Shown here piece by piece: positions 1-7,176 of a stretch of 64,000 nucleotides of DNA. Origin of the DNA: Capsulimonadales bacterium (GTDB lineage: Bacteria > Armatimonadota > Armatimonadia > Armatimonadales > Armatimonadaceae); assembly GCA_033762295.1 (NCBI GenBank), contig JANRLW010000057.1, forward strand, positions 1 to 64,000. The letters are read 5' to 3'. The stretch's first letter is position 1; the number at the start of each line of letters is the position of its first letter. Both the position numbers and the translations under genes were made by a program. A model generated the notes under the pieces. The model was not told the origin of the DNA. It saw only the letters and a program-made list of their open reading frames with translations, and ran no database searches.

Positions 1-70
1 GGCGCGCGGCCCGGACCCCCGCCCCGACCGCCCCCGCCCCAACTCCGACGCACCGGAAGTAAGGCGCGCA

Positions 71-110
71 AACGATCGGCAACGATCGGAAACGATCAGA
101 AACGATAGCC
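71..110. repeat. 4 x 10-bp imperfect tandem repeat (AACGAT-core)
   Basis: AACGATCGGC AACGATCGGA AACGATCAGA AACGATAGCC; overlaps the last codons and stop of OMP paralog 1. Confidence 0.8.
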
Positions 111-710
111 GACGGAGAGCGTCAGGCCGTTGCCGGTGCTATCGCCGGGCAACGTATAGTCGATCTCCCCGAAGTAGCCCTGCGGCAATTCCACACCCGA
201 GAAGAACTTCCCGCCGAATCGGGTATTCGTGGCGCCGCGCGATTCGTACCGGCCGTTTCGCAGTTCCGGCGACTTCCGACTGAACTGATACAGACCGATA
301 CCGCCGCCGACATAAAAGTTCTGCGGCGAGCCTTCCGGCACCAGATAGTTCCGCAACGCCACGCCGATACCCGTATACCCTCGCCGCGTTCCCACTTCGA
401 CCGGCGGGGTGCTCGGAACGGTCGTGCTACCGGATTTATTCGCCGAGTCCAGAAAAACGGAGTAGAACACCGGCACCGGGCCGGGATTCCTGCCGAAATC
501 CCAGGTCGCGCCGAAGGAGAAGAAGTTTCTCCCGACTTCCGATTTCGTCTCCCGGTTGGTCGGGAAAAAGCCGCCGATCTTAACCCGGAACGGTCGTTCG
601 ACCCGAATCATCGCTCCGGAACCGGCCTGGGCCTGCGCGGGCGCCGTGCCGAACACCAACATCATTCCGCCGCAAACGGCGAGCGTCGTCATCTGCAGAT
701 AGTTCCGCAT
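96..710 (-). CDS. Outer-membrane beta-barrel protein (OmpA/OmpW-like, ~8-stranded), paralog 1
   Basis: Signal peptide (AQA), RPFRVKIGGFFP motif, alternating amphipathic strands, C-terminal VGYRF. Confidence 0.8.
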   Translation of the reverse strand: MRNYLQMTTLAVCGGMMLVFGTAPAQAQAGSGAMIRVERPFRVKIGGFFPTNRETKSEVGRNFFSFGATWDFGRNPGPVPVFYSVFLDSANKSGSTTVPSTPPVEVGTRRGYTGIGVALRNYLVPEGSPQNFYVGGGIGLYQFSRKSPELRNGRYESRGATNTRFGGKFFSGVELPQGYFGEIDYTLPGDSTGNGLTLSVGYRF

Positions 711-782
711 AATTTCTCCCGTTTTCGGTGATCCTGCCGACGCATACGGCGAATCGCCGGATCACCCAGTGTCAACCGGTCT

Positions 783-807
783 GACAACGGGGCGAGGCGG
801 GAGTTTC
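783..807 (-). promoter_or_regulatory. Putative ECF-sigma promoter GAAAC-N17-GTC
   Basis: Minus strand GAAACTcccgcctcgccccgttGTCAGA upstream of paralog 1; same motif recurs before paralogs 3, 5 and 6. Confidence 0.5.
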
Positions 808-874
808 GGGAAGACGAAAAAGCCGGACGCAGACGGCGTCCGGCTCCGGAAATCGGGAGCAAATCGGTGGCGAA

Positions 875-1447
875 TCAGAGGCGAAAGCCGATATTCGCGC
901 TCAGACCACCGGCATTGAGATCGTTCGTGGAGGTAAGGGAGGTGTAGCTGAGTTCGCCGAAGAAGCCGTTTCGCAGTTCGATCCCTCCCAGCAGTTTCGC
1001 CCCGATCTTTTGAAAGTCGTCCTTCTTGGTAAAAAGACGGAAGTTTCGCAGGGTACCGCTCTGGGCATTGATGAAGTAGATTCCGATACCGCTCCCCATG
1101 TAAAAGCGCAGCGGTCCTCCGTTGACATAGAAACGATATTCCGGCCCCACACCGATCGTAAAAATCTGCGCGGCGAGTTCCGTATCCCCGTTGCTGTCGC
1201 CGTTCACATCCAGAAACGCGCTGAGGACCGGACCATCCGGGGCCGTTTTCGCCAGATCATACGTCAGGCCCCCCCCCAGATAGAGGCTTTTGATCGCCTG
1301 ACGGGTCGCGCTCGTTCCCGGAACAAACCCACCGAACTTGATTCGGATCGGCGACTTACCGGCTCCCGTCTGCGCATTCGCCGTAACGCCCGGAACGACG
1401 GCCAGTCCGAACGTCAGACAGATAACGGCCAGGAATTTTCTCTGCAT
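875..1447 (-). CDS. Outer-membrane beta-barrel protein, paralog 2
   Basis: GAGGAG RBS before ATG 1447; signal peptide, SPIRIKFGGFVP, GAKLLGGIE, ends IGFRL. Confidence 0.8.
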   Translation of the reverse strand: MQRKFLAVICLTFGLAVVPGVTANAQTGAGKSPIRIKFGGFVPGTSATRQAIKSLYLGGGLTYDLAKTAPDGPVLSAFLDVNGDSNGDTELAAQIFTIGVGPEYRFYVNGGPLRFYMGSGIGIYFINAQSGTLRNFRLFTKKDDFQKIGAKLLGGIELRNGFFGELSYTSLTSTNDLNAGGLSANIGFRL

Positions 1448-1468
1448 TACGTTACTCCTCATTTCCGG

Positions 1469-2095
1469 TTAAAAGCGCGTGCCGATGGAAACGTTCAGAC
1501 CGCTCAGATCAAAGGTTTTGCCGCCTGCGCTGACAATTCCGGGAAACGTATACTCCAGTTCTCCGAAGAACCGTTTTTTCCATTCCACTCCGGCCATCAC
1601 CTTGCCGCCCAAACGGGTGCTGTCCTGGCTCTCTTCCGTGAAGCTTGCTCCCTGTTGGCGTCCGGTTCGTACGGTGATCGAATAGATTCCGAAACCGCCG
1701 CCCGCAAAAAAGTTCAGGTTCTCCGTCTGCGGAAGAAAATAAGTGCGCACCTGCAATCCCAGTCCGGAAATGCTCGCCTCCGTCTCAATAACATCGTTTC
1801 CGAACGTCTTATCCCGCCGCCCGCTGGCATCGTTGATATAGACGCTCCCGATCAGAGGGGTCAGGGCCGGCAGAGTAAAGAAGTCGTAGGCGATGCCGAT
1901 GGACGTGAAGCGATTCCCCGTATCCCGACGGATGGTTCCATCCGCCGGAAAGTAACCGCCGATCTTGACCCGGAAGGGACGCCGGATTTTCCCGCCGGGG
2001 GTCAGACTATCCTGTGCGAATGCCCCCGGGCTGAACCAGACCATCGTCAGACCGCAGCCCACGAGAAAAAGAGCGCCTCGTAACGTCTTTTGCAT
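1469..2095 (-). CDS. Outer-membrane beta-barrel protein, paralog 3
   Basis: GGAGGAG RBS before ATG 2095; RPFRVKIGGYFP, GGKVMAGVE, ends IGTRF. Confidence 0.8.
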   Translation of the reverse strand: MQKTLRGALFLVGCGLTMVWFSPGAFAQDSLTPGGKIRRPFRVKIGGYFPADGTIRRDTGNRFTSIGIAYDFFTLPALTPLIGSVYINDASGRRDKTFGNDVIETEASISGLGLQVRTYFLPQTENLNFFAGGGFGIYSITVRTGRQQGASFTEESQDSTRLGGKVMAGVEWKKRFFGELEYTFPGIVSAGGKTFDLSGLNVSIGTRF

Positions 2096-2334
2096 AGCTC
2101 CTCCGTTTTTTCGGTTCCGATCGTCGCGTCCTTTTTCGTTCCATTCACCGGGCGATCCGGACAAACCTGCACGATCCGGTTTCTACGGTTTTCAAGACGT
2201 AGGATACCCACAATAGCCTCGATGTAACCTTGCTGCGTCGATTCCGACAGAAATTTCCGGAGGTGCTTGCCTATACCAAACGAAAAGGGCGGAAAACCGG
2301 AGTCTTCCGCCCTTTCCTTATCGGTTCGTCGTCG

Positions 2335-2937
2335 TCAGAACCGCACTCCGATCGATGCGCCGAAACCGCTCGGTTTGTAATCGCCCCCGTCCGTGGAGAC
2401 CTTGCCGAGATAGGTATAGTCCAGCGTTCCGAAAACGGTCCCGGCGAGTTCCGCCCCGATGAAAACCTTCCCGCCGAAGACCGACCGGTTCTCGCTCCGG
2501 CCGGCGGTCTCCGCCCGCGTGAAGTAGGGACCGACGCCCAGTCCGTAAAAGAAACTGGCCGGCAGCAACGGCGCATTGATAAACTTTTTCGCCTGAATGC
2601 CGACGCCGATGAAGCGGAAGGAGTTCTCCGAGGAGCCGGTGTCCTTATCCTTCGGGAAAACGCCATCCACATACGCCCCGACGACGACCGGGATCAAAAC
2701 CGGGTTTTTCCAGATGTCGTAGCTGAGCCCGTAGCGGACGAAATTCTTGCTCACTCCGTTTCTCAGGGAACTATCCGTGGGAAAATAGCCGCCAATCGAC
2801 AGACGGATCGGCTTTTTGACGCCCAGTCCGATCGCCGAGGCCGCCGTGCCGACCGGATTCTGCGCCTGCGCCGCCCCGCCTACCACCGTCAAACCGACAA
2901 CCGCCAGGGCGGCCCGACCGATGCTCGCGTTTCTCAT
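2335..2937 (-). CDS. Outer-membrane beta-barrel protein, paralog 4
   Basis: Signal peptide, KPIRLSIGGYFP, GGKVFIGAE, ends IGVRF. Confidence 0.8.
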   Translation of the reverse strand: MRNASIGRAALAVVGLTVVGGAAQAQNPVGTAASAIGLGVKKPIRLSIGGYFPTDSSLRNGVSKNFVRYGLSYDIWKNPVLIPVVVGAYVDGVFPKDKDTGSSENSFRFIGVGIQAKKFINAPLLPASFFYGLGVGPYFTRAETAGRSENRSVFGGKVFIGAELAGTVFGTLDYTYLGKVSTDGGDYKPSGFGASIGVRF

Positions 2938-3038
2938 TATTATCTCCTGACCAGGGGCATGGAAAGTTTCGGAGTCGGGAAGCGCAAACGGCTCCGCTCA
3001 AAGGGCGGAGCCGTCGTTTCCCGTCCGTATGGGCAGCC

Positions 3039-3641
3039 TTAGAAACGATAGCCAACCGCTACGTTGAAGCCGCCCGGATTGCGCTCGTTGATTTCGCTGA
3101 TAAAGGTATAGTCCAGTTCGCCGAACAGCCCCTGACCGGACTCGACGCCCGCCAGCAGTTTGCCGCCGAACTTGGTTTCGTCGTCCGACAGCGACAGCGT
3201 CGCGCCGCCCACCCGGGTGGAAGCCTTCGAGTTCACGAAGTAGACGCCCAGGCCCACACCACCGTACACGCGGGTTGCCGAAGTGACCGGCGTAAAGTAA
3301 TAACGCGCCGTCGGACCGAGGCCGACGTAGGAGAGACGCAGGGTTACTCCGTCACGCTTCTTCGAACCCGTCGCGCCATCCAGATACGCGCCGACAATGA
3401 TCGGATTGGCCAGATTGGTCTTCAGGAAATCGTAGGACACTCCGTAGCTGAAGAGGGTGCTCCCGATCTCGTCCTTCACATCCCCGTCGCCCGGGAAAAA
3501 CGCGCCCAGCTTGACCCGCCAGGGCTTTTCCGGCTTGGCCGTCGGCACCGAACTATCCGCCTGCGCGTTCGCCGCCGTCGCCATTCCCGCACCAAGACCG
3601 GCCACGAGAAGGGCGGCCAGCCAGAACTTTGCACGTACCAT
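3039..3641 (-). CDS. Outer-membrane beta-barrel protein, paralog 5
   Basis: Signal peptide, KPWRVKLGAFFP, GGKLLAGVE, ends VGYRF. Confidence 0.85.
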   Translation of the reverse strand: MVRAKFWLAALLVAGLGAGMATAANAQADSSVPTAKPEKPWRVKLGAFFPGDGDVKDEIGSTLFSYGVSYDFLKTNLANPIIVGAYLDGATGSKKRDGVTLRLSYVGLGPTARYYFTPVTSATRVYGGVGLGVYFVNSKASTRVGGATLSLSDDETKFGGKLLAGVESGQGLFGELDYTFISEINERNPGGFNVAVGYRF

Positions 3642-3717
3642 GATAAAGTTGCTCCTGCACTGAGAGATTCATTCCCCCCTGCGGCATCTTTCATCCTCTC
3701 AGGGGGCCGCCTTCTAT

Positions 3718-3742
3718 GACAGTGATTACCAGGAAAAGTTTC
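3718..3742 (-). promoter_or_regulatory. Putative ECF-sigma promoter GAAAC-N17-GTC
   Basis: Minus strand GAAACTtttcctggtaatcactGTCATA upstream of paralog 5. Confidence 0.5.
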
Positions 3743-3785
3743 CGTCGGCCTGTCGTTTCCGAAACATCACGGCCAAAATTGCGGA

Positions 3786-3820
3786 AAACCGGCGGAAGAG
3801 TGGATCTTTTCCGCCGGTTT
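3786..3820 (-). terminator. Rho-independent terminator after paralog 6
   Basis: AAACCGGCGGAAGAG-loop-TCTTTTCCGCCGGTTT hairpin. Confidence 0.65.
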
Positions 3821-3843
3821 CGTACAGGTGAACGCAGATTACG

Positions 3844-4401
3844 TCAGAATCGATACCCGAGCGCCACGTTGAAACCGTTCGGAGTGGTCCCGCGAACCGA
3901 CCCGATCAGGGTGTAGTCCGCTTCGGCGAAAAACCCGTTGTTAAATTCGAGACCCCCGAGGAGTTTTCCCCCGAGACGGAAGTCGTTATCCGTGTCTCCG
4001 CTTCCCGTGCTATTCAGGAGATAGATTCCGAGACCTCCGCCCGCGTAGGTTCGCACCGGATCGACGACCGGGTTGAAGTAGTACCGTCCCTGCGCGCCGA
4101 GCGAGTAGTAGGTAATACGCGCACCGCTCCGCGAACGGGTCGTTCCGTCAAAATACCCGCTATAGACGATCGGGTTGACGGCGGTTGTTTTACCAAAGTC
4201 GTAGGATGCGCCGTAGCTGAAGAACGTTTTTCCGAATACATCGGTCAGGTCACCGTTTGTCGGGAAAAACGCACCCAGTTTTACGCGCCAGGGACGATCC
4301 ACCGGCAATGCGGGCCGCACCGGATCCTGCGCGCGCGCCTGTTCGGAAGCGACGACGACAAGTCCCGCTACTGCGGCGGCGACAAGGAATTTCATTTTCA
4401 T
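3844..4401 (-). CDS. Outer-membrane beta-barrel protein, paralog 6
   Basis: Signal peptide, RPWRVKLGAFFP, GGKLLGGLE, ends LGYRF. Confidence 0.85.
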   Translation of the reverse strand: MKMKFLVAAAVAGLVVVASEQARAQDPVRPALPVDRPWRVKLGAFFPTNGDLTDVFGKTFFSYGASYDFGKTTAVNPIVYSGYFDGTTRSRSGARITYYSLGAQGRYYFNPVVDPVRTYAGGGLGIYLLNSTGSGDTDNDFRLGGKLLGGLEFNNGFFAEADYTLIGSVRGTTPNGFNVALGYRF

Positions 4402-4458
4402 TCGAACTCTCCCCGGATTCGTTTGCCGTGCGTTCGAGCACGAGTTTGACGATCACAA

Positions 4459-4483
4459 GACGAGAGTTCGAAACGCGTGTTCC
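4459..4483 (-). promoter_or_regulatory. Putative ECF-sigma promoter GGAAC-N17-GTC
   Basis: Minus strand GGAACacgcgtttcgaactctcGTCTTG upstream of paralog 6. Confidence 0.5.
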
Positions 4484-4534
4484 GCGCTATGGACCGATTC
4501 GTTGACGGGAAATAGCCAGATTACCGGGAAACGC

Positions 4535-5296
4535 TCAGAAACGACCGCCCAGATGAGCGGACACTCCCTGATAACGGACACCTTCCAGCGTACCTGCATT
4601 GAGATAACGCATCTCAAAGAAAATACCGTGATTCTCTTCGATCCCCAGCAGAAACTTATACCCGGGACGCAAGGCGTATCGCCCTTCCGTCACGGAGCGA
4701 TCATCGAAGAAAAGGAACGGAGAGGAGCCGGAATCGTCGCGTACCGCCCGGCGCAGATAGTAGCCGCCAAAACCGACTCCCGAATAGAACGCCAGCGGAC
4801 CGGGCGGACGGAAATACGCCCTGGCCTCCAGCCCCGCCCCGTAGAGTTCCCGGACCTCGTTCACGCGGTCGTCGAACGCGTTGAAGAAGGTACGGCTGTT
4901 GGCGGCGGCCTCGGCAAAGGCCGTCAGGGTGATCGGATGGCGTGCGGACGGTCGACGGAACTCGTAGGAGAGAGCGAAGGTGGCCCAGGGGCTGCCCGAT
5001 GTCCGATCCGACAGCGCGCCCACCGGGAAAAAGCCCCCTCCGTTCAGGCCGACTCGCCAGGGACGCCAGCCCAGCCACTGTTCCTCCGGGGTCGGCCAGG
5101 AGCCACCGCGGGACCGGGGCGGGGCGGAGGGGGGCGGCGACGGACGTGGAGAGGACGGCGGCGTGGGTCCGTCCGGAGGCGTCTCCGGAACCGGCGGCAG
5201 TTCCTCGCCGTCCGGCCCGTAAATCTGCGTCCATCCGGGCGCCGTCATGCAAAGAAGAAGCGCCCCCGCCGCCGCTATCCGTATGACCGCTCGCAT
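4535..5296 (-). CDS. Outer-membrane beta-barrel protein with Pro-rich N-terminal linker, paralog 7
   Basis: Signal peptide, Pro-rich segment, RPWRVGLNGGGFFP, GYKFLLGIE, ends LGGRF. Confidence 0.75.
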   Translation of the reverse strand: MRAVIRIAAAGALLLCMTAPGWTQIYGPDGEELPPVPETPPDGPTPPSSPRPSPPPSAPPRSRGGSWPTPEEQWLGWRPWRVGLNGGGFFPVGALSDRTSGSPWATFALSYEFRRPSARHPITLTAFAEAAANSRTFFNAFDDRVNEVRELYGAGLEARAYFRPPGPLAFYSGVGFGGYYLRRAVRDDSGSSPFLFFDDRSVTEGRYALRPGYKFLLGIEENHGIFFEMRYLNAGTLEGVRYQGVSAHLGGRF

Positions 5297-5326
5297 CCGT
5301 TCATGCTCCTTTCCGGTTCCGACCTG

Positions 5327-6628
5327 TCAGCGCCCTCCCAATCCGGTCAGGGAGACGCCCTCGATGAAGTATCGCTGCGTAAAGAAGAAGAGGACGATGA
5401 TCGGCAGCACGACCATCGTACTGGCGGCCATCAACAGGCCGGGTTCTCCGCCATGCTGCTGCTGGTATAGCTGAAGCGCATAGGCCAGCGGCATCTTTTC
5501 CGGCGAGGAGAGATAGATCAACGGCCCCTGGAAGTTGTTCCAGGCGCCGAGCGTCGCCATGATCGCAATCGCCGCCAGGGCCGGCTTGACCAGCGGCAGC
5601 ATGATCCGCCAGTAGATGCCGAACGGCCCGCACCCGTCGATCTTCGCGGCGTCCTCCAGCTCGTTCGGAATGCTCATGAAAAACTGGCGCAGCAGGAAGA
5701 TATTGAACGCCGATCCGAAAAATGCCGGCACCCAGAGCGGCAGAAGCGTATCGATCCAGCCCAATCCGCGAAAGATCAGGAACTGCGGCATCATGGTCAC
5801 CGCTCCGGGAACCATCATGGTGGCCAGCAGCACGACAAACCAGGCGTCCCGACCCGGCCAGCGCAGGCGGGCAAAGGCAAAGGCGACCAGCGAAGAGGAG
5901 ATCAGGGTGCCAACGACACTCATGACGGTCAGGTACAGCGTATTGCGCAGAAAGATCGCGCCATAACCGGTCTCCTTCGGCAGATAGAGAAGCGCCTCCG
6001 GATAGTTTTCCCATCGGGGCGCCACCTGCCGCACCTTCTTCAGGTCCTTGCGGGCGACCGTCCACTGGACGCCTCCCGGATCGTCCTCCTTGACGACCCG
6101 TACCTCACCCGACAGCAGGTCGGTCAACTCCAGCACACGCACCGTCTGACCGGTCTTCGGGTCCGTCGTCCGGGAGATTCGGGCGGGCAATCCCTCCTGA
6201 TTTCGCACCGTCGCCGACGTCCGCTGCTGCGTCGGAATCCAGACCGGCGGGAAAACGGCCATCTCGTCGTCGGCTTTCAGCGACGTGGAGATCAGCCAGG
6301 CGAACGGCACCATGAAGACGAACGTTCCGAGAAGCAGCGCGATATGGGTTCCGGCCAGACGGGCGGTCTGCGTGGCGTGGTGGATGTTTCGGGTCGTCTG
6401 CCGCAAAACCACGACACCGGCGCCGCCGGTCAGCAGGGAAACGACGATGGCCGCCAGCGGCCCGCCCATCCGTGAGGAGAAGACGGCGAGCAGTCCGGCA
6501 AGCATCGCGCCGCAGAGCGCGGCCAGGGCGACGTTCCGCGCGCGAAACACGGCGACGGTCGCCCCGACCAGAAAGATCAGGGCGGCGATTCCGACAAGGA
6601 TGGCAAGAAGCCAGAGAAATGCGGTCAT
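5327..6628 (-). CDS. Carbohydrate ABC transporter permease (MalG-like) with extra N-terminal TM helices
   Basis: EAA loop LEDAAKIDG, FFFTQRYFIEGV C-terminus; start placed at MTAFLW. Confidence 0.9.
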   Translation of the reverse strand: MTAFLWLLAILVGIAALIFLVGATVAVFRARNVALAALCGAMLAGLLAVFSSRMGGPLAAIVVSLLTGGAGVVVLRQTTRNIHHATQTARLAGTHIALLLGTFVFMVPFAWLISTSLKADDEMAVFPPVWIPTQQRTSATVRNQEGLPARISRTTDPKTGQTVRVLELTDLLSGEVRVVKEDDPGGVQWTVARKDLKKVRQVAPRWENYPEALLYLPKETGYGAIFLRNTLYLTVMSVVGTLISSSLVAFAFARLRWPGRDAWFVVLLATMMVPGAVTMMPQFLIFRGLGWIDTLLPLWVPAFFGSAFNIFLLRQFFMSIPNELEDAAKIDGCGPFGIYWRIMLPLVKPALAAIAIMATLGAWNNFQGPLIYLSSPEKMPLAYALQLYQQQHGGEPGLLMAASTMVVLPIIVLFFFTQRYFIEGVSLTGLGGR

Positions 6629-6633
6629 AGGTT

Positions 6634-7176
6634 CTATAGGTTCTGTTTTTCCGGACGTGGCGCGGCATTTCGAAGTCGGACCCCGCTCCAATGCAGCGTC
6701 GTTTGCATCACGGCATCCCAGAGCGGCCAGAGGGAGGGCGTGATTCGCAGTTCACTGCCGGCGGCGGCATGGGCGGCCAGCAGGTCGGGAATGGGTTCGA
6801 CCGAAAGCGGGCGAACCGTCGTCCGCGACAGATAGGCGCCGTAGAAGCCGGGGGCGGTATCGGGTTCGAACTCCCCGGTCGGCATCCGGTATCGGTAAAG
6901 CGTCGTCGTTCGCATCCGGTCCAGCCAGCCGCTCTCGATTGCCACCACCATCCGGGCCGCCGTATGGCCCAGAAATCGTTCGATATCCTCCGCCGTGCTC
7001 TCCGGCAGCGACCAGTACGCGACCCGTGGACAGTCCCGTGGACACAGGTACATCGGCGCGTTCTCGGCGTCCAGCGCCCAGACGACCGGTCCGTCCTCCG
7101 AACGCGACGCATAAACCCGCGGCTCGAAGATTCGGATATCCGGCTCCTCGCTGTAGTGGTACAGGATCGGCGTCAT
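6634..7176 (-). CDS. Conserved hypothetical protein (DUF6886-like)
   Basis: LYHYSEEPDIRIFEPR...VWALD...YLCPRDCPR motifs; 4-nt overlap with upstream gene. Confidence 0.65.
   Translation of the reverse strand: MTPILYHYSEEPDIRIFEPRVYASRSEDGPVVWALDAENAPMYLCPRDCPRVAYWSLPESTAEDIERFLGHTAARMVVAIESGWLDRMRTTTLYRYRMPTGEFEPDTAPGFYGAYLSRTTVRPLSVEPIPDLLAAHAAAGSELRITPSLWPLWDAVMQTTLHWSGVRLRNAAPRPEKQNL

Noticed and set aside
2949..2970. GAAAC...GTC upstream of OMP paralog 4
   Set aside because: Spacer is only 14 nt and the GTC abuts the RBS, so it is not counted as an ECF promoter
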